A stretch of 63,364 bases of DNA, the filler included, from Octopus bimaculoides (lineage: Eukaryota), in NCBI RefSeq assembly GCF_001194135.2. It is 8 parts of 6 records of this genome, joined end to end, with 100 filler letters (N's around TTAATTAATTAA, not from the genome) between each part and the next. Parts side by side here need not be neighbours in the genome. Positions count along the whole stretch, not along the records: positions 23,618 to 29,445 come from NC_068985.1; positions 29,546 to 46,095 come from NC_068981.1; 6 more parts are not named here. One strand, 5' to 3'. The notes under the pieces are model-generated. The model had not been told where the DNA came from and did no database searches. It saw nothing but the letters and a program-made list of their open reading frames with translations. A program made the position numbers and the translations under genes. This document shows, in pieces, positions 25,986 through 38,319 of this stretch (the first letter of the stretch is position 1; each line of letters begins with the position of its first letter).

Positions 25986-26889
25986 GGGGGAGTGGTTGGG
26001 AAGTACAAGGAGAAATTTCCAGAGAGCCAATGTTCTGAGGTGGAAAGCAGCTGGATTTAGAGCCTGGTGAGATATTGGATACAACACAGCTGATGGTAAG
26101 AGAAGAGAAAGTTAGAGAGAGATGAAAGAGAGAGACAGAGAGACAGAGAGAAGGTTGAGTGGTTGGGAAGTACTTGTTGAATGGATGCGGTATAAAAACC
26201 AGTCACATCTGAGGATCTCAGGTCGTTGTTAGATCGCTAGAGAAAACAATAAGAAGAGATAGCACATTGATGGATTAGAGGCTGGATCGTGCCTGCGAGT
26301 GATTTAATGCTAGTCATTTGAATGGCCTTTCTTTGGATGAAGCTTACGATATCTGTGCGCAGCAACAGTGCTGTCCTAGATGTAGGGGAATTACTCCATT
26401 TTGAGCTTTGTAGAATATAAGCAGTCGTTCGGGACTGGGCCTGGAAAGCAAGAGTGTAGTTTTGAAATGCAGTCTGAGTTATGTTAAATATGTGATTTCG
26501 CCAGGAGAGATCTTAGGTGCTGCTACTGCAATATCTAAAGATATTCCTGTATAAGAAAATACTCAGTATTGCTACTGAGTCTAAACACACTCCTGGTACT
26601 CCTTTTATATCTAAAGCTACTCCTGACACTGCCACTGTTTCTAAAGATATTCCTGTTGTTGTAGCTAAAGCTACTCCTGATACTGCTGATACTTTTGAAG
26701 ATACTCCTGATATTCTTATCGTATATAAAACTACTCCAGATATGAATGCTACTGTTTCTGAATATATAAGCGCAGGCATGCCTCTGTGACACCTCATACT
26801 GGTGCTATATCTAAGGATACTTCAGATACTACTGCAGCTGGTGCTTCTGCAGATATTCCAGTCATTTCTGTTACTGCTACTGCTACTCA

Positions 26890-27060
26890 AGCTGTGTCAC
26901 GCTGTGTCACGCTGTGTCACGCTAAATCGTCCTGAGAACTACGTTAGGGGTACACGTGTCTGTGGATTGCTCAGTCACTTGCACGTTAATTTCACGAGCA
27001 AGCTGTTCCGTTGATCGGATCAGCTAGGACCCTCGTCGTCGTAACCGACGGAGTGCTCCT
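26890..27060 (-). repeat. Interspersed repeat; another copy begins at 63320-63364 on the + strand
   Basis: cggatcagctaggaccctcgtcgtcgtaaccgacggagtgc is the near reverse complement of gcactccgtcgattacgacgacgagggttccagttgatccg at the window end. Confidence 0.7.
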
Positions 27061-27900
27061 ACTACTCCAGCTGTTGCTGCCTCCTCGTGTCTCCATTTTA
27101 CATAGTAGTCAAAACTTTCAGGTCGACTCAACCAGTCTGCGTATGCTTCACTGAAAAGCTTTAATAAAGCAAAAGTATGTTCAACGGAGTTGTCTCTCGT
27201 TCATACCAAAATGATTAAAACAATGTTTGCTATTGTACTTCTATTTGCGGTGGTATTCACTTGGAGTGGGTTGAGCCTGCTCCAACCAACGAGTTCATCA
27301 CGCTCCTCACGAATGCTGATCACATCCAACGGTCGAAATTGCGCGGACGTCCGTAGCCGTCACTCGTCACTCGCTGTTGAGGTGTAGAGTTCATGTTCGG
27401 AGTTTCAGTAAGAATACAAGCTCACATGTGGTCCCTGGTCAGATGCATACACACTTTGAGATAGTATGATCCATAGCAGCTCATCTTGCCATTGATTATC
27501 GACCATTGCAGAGGATTCACTGACAAAGTCATCGCCGATTATCGGAGCAGACGTATTCTGGGTTTGAAGCGGGTTCCGGAGACATGCTTTTACAAAAGTT
27601 AAGGGGAACTTCACTCCCAGTGATCTTCCAGCACACCAGACACCAACCGGAATTTCTGATAGTGCCCGTGCTATTGCTAGATAGTAAATGAACCTAGACT
27701 AGGTTTATCCGTCCTTTGGTCAGATCTTGTTTTTAGTCCTGCTGGATTTCTCGCAACCCTGGTCACCAGGCACTAGTTTGGTCGCCGACGACTTGGCCAT
27801 GCAACAGGCTGTACTGGATTCCATGTTACCTGTAGCACTCATGACTAGACAATATAAGTTAATACTATCTTTCCTTTACCACATAATTCTTTATTATTGA

Positions 27901-28105
27901 AAGGCGGCGAGCTGGTAGAAACGATAGCGCACCGGGCAAAATGCTTGGCGGTATTTCGTCTGTCTTTATGTTCTGAGTTCAAATTCCGCCGAGGTTGACT
28001 TTGCGTTTCGGGGTCGATAAATTAAATACCAGTTGCGTACTGAGGTCGATCGAATCGACTGGTCCCCTACCCCAAAATTTCGGGCCTTGTGCCTAGCGTA
28101 GAAAA
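27901..28105 (+). mobile_element. tRNA-derived SINE; same family at about 2935-3150, 46695-46880, 52130-52300, 53763-53930, 59495-59705 and 62765-62915
   Basis: A-box-like ggcgagctggtaga, B-box-like gagttcaaattcc, conserved gggtcgataaa...accag body. Confidence 0.85.
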
Positions 28106-29546
28106 AAATTCTTTCTTATTGAACGTTTAAATGTTCATTACGTTAATTATATTAAAGAGTTAATTAACTGTTGTCTTTTTCATACGTATGGCCTCACTGT
28201 GTAAACCGCCTTTACGTATAAGTTAGTTTTAAGACACTTAATGCATTGTTCAGGTTATTGTTGTTGTTGTTGTTGTTTGGGTGTGTGGAATTTGAGAACA
28301 ATCATAATTATTTCAGCATGCTTATTTCAATTAATTAATTATTGTTCGTATAACACTTTTGCATTACATGTTTAAGTAGAACTCCTCAGATATGCAGCAT
28401 ATCGTCATCATCATCATCATCATTGAACCACAGATACTCTTCTTCTTCTTCTTCTTCTTCTTCTTCTTCTTCTTCTTCTTCTTCTTCTTCTTCTTCTTCT
28501 TCCCCACGTCCCACTTACCTCCCCCGCCCTGCACTTCATTACTCACCGCAGAACTTCAATTGTCAAGTGGACAGCTGTGCATAATTTCGGTTAATACCCT
28601 AACTCTTTGGCATAACATGGCGCAGTTTCAAGGGTCAGAAACAGGGATGAATGCATTGTAAGAGTTTAGGATGGTGGTGGCGGTGTTATTTTATGGTAAC
28701 GTTTTCACACCTTCCCCGAAAATAATTGGGTAATTGACCATTGGTAGCTAACACTTATTATGAGTCAATCATAAAATATGGACAATAATTCATAAAGTGC
28801 ATGCAATATAGCTAGAATTCAGATAACAACGAATCTATTAATTCTCAAAACGTCTTGGCAGATTCGAACGAAAATATCTGATCATTGTTGTTTTCCGTCA
28901 TCGGAGAACACCTGTTCCCTTTCGCTGATGTGTGTTCATAACACACGTGATTCATAGGTGTAAGATAAGTTTGAGACACTGCGGTGTTTCGACTTTATTG
29001 CGTGTCTCCTCAGTCAATATTAACTCACAAAACCGATGAACCTAACATGACTACAGACTTTTGTTTGGAAATCAGTAAACAAATTATTTACTGATGCGAG
29101 CTATTTGATGTGTGAAAAATAGATAATTCATGAGGTGCACATAGAACAGCGAGAATCCAAACAATAACGAATCTGTTCATTTATAACATGGACTCCGTTC
29201 TAGTCCATTTGGACGCCGTTCTGCGCCGTAAGCATATAGTATCTAAGTATGCATACATGTAATGTATGTATGTACGTACGTACGTATGTATGTATGTATG
29301 TATGTATGTATGTATGTATGTCTATAAATGTGTATGCTTCCGACCAACAGGTCTGATGCGTCGCCTCTATTGCTAAGGGAAATAATAAACGTGAGACCAA
29401 TAGTAACTTTCTGATCGGCCAATACCAACGACTACATAATATATANNNNNNNNNNNNNNNNNNNNNNNNNNNNNNNNNNNNNNNNNNNNTTAATTAATTA
29501 ANNNNNNNNNNNNNNNNNNNNNNNNNNNNNNNNNNNNNNNNNNNNG

Positions 29547-31960
29547 ATTCCACAATTCGAAATGTGGTGAACGAGCCCGAGGAGATGTGTCAGACGTTTC
29601 AGGAGCACTTCGCCCAGCTTTTCGTGGGGTGGGATGGACCGGTTGCTAGGGAGGGCCTTACGGACCTCCTCGCCGGGCTGCCGCGTCTCTCGGGGCAGGA
29701 TGCGCAGAGCTGTGATGGGTCGATCTCATCTGAGGAGATTATTTAGGCTATGTCGCACTGCGGCGGTGGTAAGGCGCTGGGACTCGATGGTCTTCCCTAC
29801 GAGCTATATAAAAGTATGCCAGACTTGTTTGGTCACGTACTGGCTGGCGTTTAAGCGAACTGCTGCAGAATGGGTGGATTCCCGGATCTGTGCGCTAGGG
29901 AGTGGTGACGCTGGCCAGGAACGACCCAAGCAAGGGGGATAATGTAAATAACTTTATGTCCATCACTCTGCTTAACAGAGGTGAAGATTGTGGCCAAGCT
30001 AAAAGATTGATGCGGGTCGCGGGTGGTCTGATCGGAGAAGCACAAACCTGTGAGATCCCCGGCAGAACCATCCCGGACAATCTTCATCTAGTACGCTACA
30101 CCGTAGAGGGATATGGTAGGAAAACTAGCAAAGGTGGGGCACTGGTCAATTTAGACCAAGCTTAAGCTTTCGATAGGGTGGATCATCAGTTTGGACTGGG
30201 TCTCGGGTTCCTCAGGTGGATCATATAGTTGTATCACAACATCGATTCGATCGTTCGTGTGAACGGTTTTCTTTCAAAGCCGTTCCGTATCAAACGGTCG
30301 GTTCACCAAAGGTATCCACTCTCTCCGCTTTTATACGTAATGGCTCTCGAGCCATTAGACGGAACTCCTGCATCAAGTAGGTGAAGTCATTAAGGTTTAC
30401 GAAACTGTGGCAGGAGCAAAGATTAACGGGGGAAAATCAGTCGGCTTGCAACTCGGCACCTGGAGGGGCAAGTCGATGCCTTCGAATAGGGTCGTAGGGC
30501 GCTGGACGGAGGGCCCGGTTAAGTTGCTAGGAATCTGGATTGGTCCAGATCTCNNNNNNNNNNNNNNNNNNNNNNNNNNNNNNNNNNNNNNNNNNNNNNN
30601 NNNNNNNNNNNNNNNNNNNNNNNNNNNNNNNNNNNNNNNNNNNNNNNNNNNNNNNNNNNNNNNNNNNNNNNNNNNNNNNNNNNNNNNNNNNNNNNNNNNN
30701 NNNNNNNNNNNNNNNNNNNNNNNNNNNNNNNNNNNNNNNNNNNNNNNNNNNNNNNNNNNNNNNNNNNNNNNNNNNNNNNNNNNNNNNNNNNNNNNNNNNN
30801 NNNNNNNNNNNNNNNNNNNNNNNNNNNNNNNNNNNNNNNNNNNNNNNNNNNNNNNNNNNNNNNNNNNNNNNNNNNNNNNNNNNNNNNNNNNNNNNNNNNN
30901 NNNNNNNNNNNNNNNNNNNNNNNNNNNNNNNNNNNNNNNNNNNNNNNNNNNNNNNNNNNNNNNNNNNNNNNNNNNNNNNNNNNNNNNNNNNNNNNNNNNN
31001 NNNNNNNNNNNNNNNNNNNNNNNNNNNNNNNNNNNNNNNNNNNNNNNNNNNNNNNNNNNNNNNNNNNNNNNNNNNNNNNNNNNNNNNNNNNNNNNNNNNN
31101 NNNNNNNNNNNNNNNNNNNNNNNNNNNNNNNNNNNNNNNNNNNNNNNNNNNNNNNNNNNNNNNNNNNNNNNNNNNNNNNNNNNNNNNNNNNTATCACCAC
31201 GGCTTTTTATAGTAGGTTGGTAGAGGCAGGAAATGACGATGACCTGGGAACGACCCTGGGTCTCGATAATAATCAGTTGGACAACCTGTTCCGAAGGACA
31301 TTCGGGCCGAAGACACTGGAGTCTTTGGCCTGGCAGTGTTGCAGAGGAGCTTTACCGGTTTGGGATAAACTCACCAGACACGGCCAGCCTGGGCCGTCGA
31401 CCTGTCCAAGATACGGGCAGGACGCGGAAACCGTCCTACACGCTATTGTCCAGTGTCCTGATATTTCTGATGTGTGGGTTTATGCAGAACACCTGTTGTC
31501 GGAGGAGAGAAGAGTACAGCTATCAACTGAGTCGATTCTAAAAATCAACCCACCGGATTTCCTCACGGATGAAGGTAAGAATTGCTTTCTCGTAGTAGTG
31601 GCAATGGTGGAAGAAGCGATCTGGAAGACAAGGATGCAAGGGATTAGGACAGACAACTTCATATTTGGCCTCACTTTAGTGATCTTCATTAAGTTTCACT
31701 TGAAAAGAAAAGTGGGGCTGGAAAGAAGGTGTCTGTCTGAGAACGTGTTTAAAAAACGATGAATGCGTGTTGCACGGATGTTGGGTGTGAAAGGCCCTGC
31801 GTGAATACGTCATATGAGTAAAATAAGGTGTCGATGAAAAGACAGGGTTCGCGGGGTCGGAGCATACCTGTTTATTTTTATCTCATTTGTGTTTAGTGTT
31901 TGTAATTATCGTTTTTGTGTACCATTCGATTAATCATATATCCCATTTAAATTTTTATAT
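29547..31960 (+). mobile_element. Tx1/L1-like LINE unit A (RT, C-terminal zinc motif, 3'UTR)
   Basis: GLDGLPYELY, IPGRTIPDNLHLVR, LVNLDQA*AFDRV, YPLSPLLY and WQCCRGALPV...TCPRYGQDAETVLHAIVQC, with stops and a gap. Confidence 0.9.
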
Positions 31961-34410
31961 CTAATTTGTCTACTCCAAAGTTTGTTTGTGCTGTCCCCCT
32001 CTTTGTTCACCCTTTATAGGAAATAATAAAACATACAGTCTTTACAAAATTGTCGTCCGTTGGTTGTTTTGCGATTTCTGCTGTGTTGTGTTGCTCTTGA
32101 GTAGAGAGTTTTGTTGAAGGCTTGTTGGGGGATTGTTCTTTATTCGTGTTATGTTGTTGAGTGTCACTGTTTTGTGAAGTTGTTTGTGGTTTTTCCCCGT
32201 GTGGGGAGGACAAGGAGGGTGGCGGGCTGTGAGGCTGGTGTTTCGGAGGAGGAGGAGATGGATTGGATTGTGGAGACCAGATTGGAAGAGTCAGACGACG
32301 AAACGCAAGTAAAAAGAAGTAATATAACAATAATCATAGATGTACCAAGTTTGTAAACTAACGAAAAAGAAAAGGAAAAAAACACCTATGAACTTCGCCG
32401 CTGTTGCAGGAGCAAAAACTAAGAAAATAAACCTTGAAAACCTTGAAAAGTATAAAGAATTGCTGACACGAGAAGGATATGAAACAAAAGTAATTACTCC
32501 AAAGGAGATTGTGGAAAACACAGAAAAAAACCCAATCATTTTCAAAACATGGAACGTAAAACAAAAGAAAATAGATTTCGTGGTTGAAAGAGAAGTAGTA
32601 AAATGTTTGAAACCAATGTGGCAAAACATACGTTATATAGCAAGAGGAAAGAAATTTGCCACAATAGAGGTAAAGATGGTAACGGAGGAATTAGCCCGAC
32701 TCCACTCCGTGAACCCCTTAAAGACGGACGAAGTGATTCTTCTACCCATTGATATAAAAGGTGTGCCTCCAGAGGTGGATCCGGAGTGGCTGGTGGCAGT
32801 GGTGACAGCCGGGCTGGAAGATAAAATTTCAATCCTGGATGCAGAGGAGTTGGAATCACACAACTGGCTTGGCCAGTGCATAANNNNNNNNNNNNNNNNN
32901 NNNNNNNNNNNNNNNNNNNNNNNNNNNNNNNNNNNNNNNNNNNNNNNNNNNNNNNNNNNNNNNNNNNNNNNNNNNNNNNNNNNNNNNNNNNNNNNNNNNN
33001 NNNNNNNNNNNNNNNNNNNNNNNNNNNNNNNNNNNNNNNNNNNNNNNNNNNNNNNNNNNNNNNNNNNNNNNNNNNNNNNNNNNNNNNNNNNNNNNNNNNN
33101 NNNNNNNNNNNNNNNNNNNNNNNNNNNNNNNNNNNNNNNNNNNNNNNNNNNNNNNNNNNNNNNNNNNNNNNNNNNNNNNNNNNNNNNNNNNNNNNNNNNN
33201 NNNNNNNNNNNNNNNNNNNNNNNNNNNNNNNNNNNNNNNNNNNNNNNNNNNNNNNNNNNNNNNNNNNNNNNNNNNNNNNNNNNNNNNNNNNNNNNNNNNN
33301 NNNNNNNNNNNNNNNNNNNNNNNNNNNNNNNNNNNNNNNNNNNNNNNNNNNNNNNNNNNNNNNNNNNNNNNNNNNNNNNNNNNNNNNNNNNNNNNNNNNN
33401 NNNNNNNNNNNNNNNNNNNNNNNNNNNNNNNNNNNNNNNNNNNNNNNNNNNNNNNNNNNNNNNNNNNNNNNNNNNNNNNNNNNNNNNNNNNNNNNNNNNN
33501 NNNNNNNNNNNNNNNNNNNNNNNNNNNNNNNNNNNNNNNNNNNNNNNNNNNNNNNNNNNNNNNNNNNNNNNNNNNNNNNNNNNNNNNNNNNNNNNNCTTA
33601 CGGACCTCCTCGCCGGGCTGCCGCGTCTCTTGGGGCAGGATGCGCAGAGCTGTGATGGGTCGATCTCACCTGAGGAGATTATTTAGGCTATGTCGCACTG
33701 CGGCGGTGGTAAGGCGCTGGGACTCGATGGTCTTCCCTACGAGCTATATAAAAGTATGCCAGACTTGTTTGGTCACGTACTGGCTGGCGTTTATGCGAAC
33801 TGACTGCAGAATCGGTGGATTCTCAGATCTGTGCGCGGGGTGTGGTGACGCTGGTCAGGAACGACCCGAGCATGGGGGATAATGTAGATAACTTTAGGCT
33901 CATCACCCTGCTTAACACAGAAGTGAAAATTTTGGCCAAGGTGTTAGCTAAAAGATTGTGACAATCTTCATCTAGTACGCTACACCGTAGAGGGATATGG
34001 TAGGAAAACTGGCAAAGGTGGGGCACTGGTCAATTTAGACCAAGCTTAAGCTTTCGATAGGGTGGATCATCAGTTTAGACTGGGTCTCGGGTTCCTCAGG
34101 TGGATCATACAGTTGTATGACATCGACTCGATCGTTCGTGTGAACGGTTTTCTTTCAAAGCCGTTCCGTATCAAACGGTTGGTTCGCTTTTATACGTAAT
34201 GGCTCGAAGGCCATTACGTATAAAACCGGATGTGAAAGGCCCTACATGAACATGTTAGATAGGAAAAACAATGTGTTGATGAAAAGACAGGGCTCGTGGG
34301 GTAGGAGCACACCTGTTTATTTTTATCCCATTTGTTTTCAGTGTTTGTAATTATCGTTTTTGTGTATCATTCGATTAATCATGTATCCCATATAAATTTA
34401 AAAAAATAAT
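31961..34410 (+). mobile_element. Tx1/L1-like LINE unit B (5'UTR, ORF1, gap, internally deleted RT, 3'UTR)
   Basis: ORF1-like MNFAAVAGAKTKK...IARGKKFATIEVK. The RT piece 33597-34200 is near-identical to 29617-30330 with deletions. The 3'UTR 34210-34410 matches 31780-31960. Confidence 0.8.
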
Positions 34411-34419
34411 AAATGCTTA

Positions 34420-37206
34420 TGAAAGCACAGACTCGTCAAACATAGAAAAAAAGGATACCCCAAACATAAACCAAAAACAGTACAACTTCGCAGCTGCGGC
34501 TGGACTCAAGAGAGAAGTCCTATGCATTGAAATCAATGAACTGATGAAACACAAAGATTTGTTTACCAGAGAGGGTGTTGATGCAAGGGCCGCCCTCCCA
34601 AATGAAATTATGCAGAAAACACAAAGAGAATCATTACGTTCAAATCATTAATTATAAAAGAGAAAAACATAGAAAAGGCAACTAATGAACAAGTTAAGTA
34701 GTGCCTGCAGCCAATTTGGCAGGATATTGAATTTATTACAAGAGGTAAAAAAAATTCGAAACCGTTGTAGTCTACTTCAAAGAAGAAAAAGTAAAAAAAA
34801 AAAACATTCATTTCAGCCAATGAAGACAAACGAAATAATATTACTGCCTACATACCTAGGAAGACGGACTGCAAAAATAAAAATTGTAGAAATCCCACCA
34901 GAAATAGAAGTGACGTGGGCTGGAGGATAAAATAACCATTATAGAAGCGGTAAAAATACAACAGCAAAATTGGCGGGGCCAGGGTCTAGAAGTGACTATT
35001 CAAGCGCCCCACCTCCAAACTTTAGAGGAAATAGTAGAAAACATCCACTTGGGTGAGGAAACCACCTTGCGTGTGATGGTAGAGGGGCTATGAGTGTGGC
35101 GAAAAAAGGCCACATTCGAGCAGACTGCCCCACCCGCAAGGAGGGAAGAAGAAAAAAGGAGAAAAGAAGCAGAAGAAAAAACAGAAAGAAGATCAACAAG
35201 ACTCCGGCACCAAGCAGACCGAAGAAACTGACTATGTCCAAGTAAGACAAAGGAAAACACCAAAAAGGAGGAACAATGACTTAACCCCACCCACCCCCAG
35301 CACAAACAAAAAAAGAAGACATCACACCAAACACACAGGAAAAAAGACCACCCCCTCCTCACCACAGCTCCTCACAGAAGTCAAAAAACGTAAATCCCCC
35401 NNNNNNNNNNNNNNNNNNNNNNNNNNNNNNNNNNNNNNNNNNNNNNNNNNNNNNNNNNNNNNNNNNNNNNNNNNNNNNNNNNNNNNNNNNNNNNNNNNNN
35501 NNNNNNNNNNNNNNNNNNNNNNNNNNNNNNNNNNNNNNNNNNNNNNNNNNNNNNNNNNNNNNNNNNNNNNNNNNNNNNNNNNNNNNNNNNNNNNNNNNNN
35601 NNNNNNNNNNNNNNNNNNNNNNNNNNNNNNNNNNNNNNNNNCCCCCCCCCCCATCCATTTCCGGATACCAGACGAAACCACCCCCTCCCTGTAGTGTTGA
35701 AGAATTCCCTTACCTTCCAGCATCCACCCTACGACACCCCCGTCCACCTCATCCACCCCACCAAGTCCGGCTGGGTTGTCTCCACCATCTAGTCCCCCCA
35801 AAAAAGAAATGACTTTACAGATGGTTGATATGGCCATCAACAAGATAAATGATCAATTAGTAAAAAGTATTCAAAATATTCCCACAGCAGAACCATTTGT
35901 AAATTACCGAACATTGCCAAAACACATTGACATTTTTAAGATAGACATAATGAACTGTAATATATTAAAATCAAACTTTCCATCCGACATAAGTTGTCCG
36001 AGATTGGATTTTCATGAATCCTTGTATGAAGACCTATATCGGAACACCACCCCACGAACCCCCAAAAAATGAAAGACTACCGAATAAGGTAAGTTAATGT
36101 CTCACATTCATGCAGGATTCATAAATGTGCGTGGCCGGATGTCGAGCTTCCTAAATGATATCAGGTCACAGGATTTAGATGTAGCTGTTGCTACAGAAAC
36201 CCGGTTGAAGGGACCAAGAGATCTGCTCCCGCTGTTCGATGGTTACGAGAGGATTTTCTCTCCGAACCGTCCTCCCAGTGGAAGTGGGTTGTTGGAAAAA
36301 AATTCGGGTTTCTGAGAAAAAGTTATTCTTTTCAAATCCAGAAGGTAGGCTGGTCGTCATTGACTTGACATTCAGCAGTTGTAAGACTATCAGACTGGTT
36401 GCGATTTACGCACCCCAATATACAACGGGGTAAAGTGAATATTTTCGGAACCTGGAGAAGTTTCTTAGTACATCGCATCCTTTAGTGATACTAGGAGACT
36501 ATAACACAATCTGCGATGCGCGCGTAGATTATGTTGGCTCGTGTTCAGATAGGAAAGGAAATGCTTGCTTCCTGGATCTACTAGGATGTTTTGAGCTGGT
36601 AGATCCATATAGGCTGGAACATCCGAACGCTCCATTGTGGACATGGTCAAACAGCGACGGATCTTCCAGATCGTACATAGATAGGATATTAATTAGAAAA
36701 GTAGATACAAAAATAGCTAGGTGCCACAGTTTCACATGGTCAGCTACAGTGGTCACAAGATGGTCACCTGTAGGCTCGACATAGGTAAGTTATATAGAGG
36801 CCCCGGCTACTGGAAACTTAATACGTCCCTCTTGGAGATTAAGGAGTACAGAGACCGGATTAAGTTGTTAATTCAGAGGGCATTAACCGGATCCATTATT
36901 AACAACAAATGGTGGTATTCCCTCAAGCGAGCCATTAAATATGAGTCTATTAGATTATAGCATAGGTTTAGTGGCTAGAGAGGCTAGAAGGGAATCAACA
37001 CTAGTTAAGGACTTAGAGGAAGCAATGCAAACTGGCACTGCGGCTCAGGTGAAGACCAAGAGACTGGTTTTAAATCAGCAACTCGAAGCCAAACACATGG
37101 GTTGCATCGTCAGGGCTAGATAACGTAATGGGGTGCGAAGGAATTAATGCCGAGAAATGGGCCCGAGTGGTGGAAGCCCAACATGGCAATGATGCCACAA
37201 TTCGAT
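34420..37206 (+). mobile_element. Tx1/L1-like LINE unit C (divergent ORF1 with CCHC knuckle, APE endonuclease)
   Basis: NFAAAAGL...LFTREG is paralogous to the unit B ORF1. Knuckle YECGEK/GHIRADCP. APE motifs FINVRG, VATETRL, IRLVAIYAP, LGDYNTI, WTWSN...SYIDRILI and SGHKMV. Confidence 0.85.
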
Positions 37207-38319
37207 NNNNNNNNNNNNNNNNNNNNNNNNNNNNNNNNNNNNNNNNNNNNNNNNNNNNNNNNNNNNNNNNNNNNNNNNNNNNNNNNNNNNNNNNNNNNNN
37301 NNNNNNAGTATATACCAAATTTTACCACAATAGAGGGAGGAAAAGAAAATTACATAGAAATAGTTTGATATTTATACTTATTATTTATCTAAATATTAAC
37401 TTATTAGATGGTATCTATGGAGATTGATCAACTGGATTTAACTGGTATTTAATAAAAGAGCACTGAGGCTAAAGAACACATTAACTATGTACTAATTTAA
37501 TTAAATTGAATTATTTTAAATTGTGGAGATACCGGTATTGTCTTATATAAGCTAAGTATGAATTAATAGGAGTACAAAGATTAGATTTGAGCACCATAGA
37601 AAAGGAATAAAGATAGCCGAATCAGTAAAACCATAATAAAGCATATATACCTTATTAACTTCAATAGAGAAGATTTATAGAAAATATACAATATTTTAAG
37701 CATTATGAACTAAAAATTTTTTATTAGTTCATAATACACAGAGTATACTAGTATACTAGCTGATGTAGCCAGTAACTTCTGGGAAAGCAGGGCTTATCCC
37801 TTGGTTCTGTTCTCATAATTGTTTTGCTAATCCACTAACGGCAATGCCAAGTATGTAGCCCTTAAAACAGTTTTTGTGCATTTATAGAAAGTACTGAACC
37901 GTCTTCCATAGGAACTTGTTTTTAGGAATTCCCAATAAGTTATGAATACTCAAATTATGAAGTCAATTATGTAATAACATGAAATTAGTTTACCTGATAG
38001 TAAGAATTCAAATAAAGTATCCCTTTTTATGTAAATGTATCAACTTAAAGGAGAAGCATATTACAGTGGATAGTACAATGGATAATACCAAGTGGACTTC
38101 TCCTTTTTTTCTCTCTTTTTCTTTTTTCTTGGTGATTTCTTCTTTGTGATATAATCTTGGGAAAGAATATATTTGCGGCTGAAGATAGCTTTATACCATC
38201 CTGTCTATCAATTATATACCCATATAATGATGCAACAACTGTTTGTGTATAAAGCTTGAAATACGTGTGCTGTGGAATCCTTTGTGTTCTGTTTTAATTT
38301 TACGTTATTAATTTATATA

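Noticed and set aside
26510-26880. Thr/Pro/Asp-rich ORFs (mucin-like, ATPDTA repeats)
   Set aside because: Degenerate ctactcctga minisatellite, also seen at 25510-25700, with stops and no splice support.
27901-27990. tRNA-like A and B boxes
   Set aside because: SINE heads that continue into a conserved SINE body; no complete cloverleaf.
37800-38110. hAT-like HCxIH...RW motif on the minus strand
   Set aside because: Motif spacing is about 20 residues too long and the interval has many stops.
37307-38260. Mitochondrial insertion (NUMT)
   Set aside because: No recognisable mitochondrial protein, tRNA or rRNA under the invertebrate mitochondrial code.
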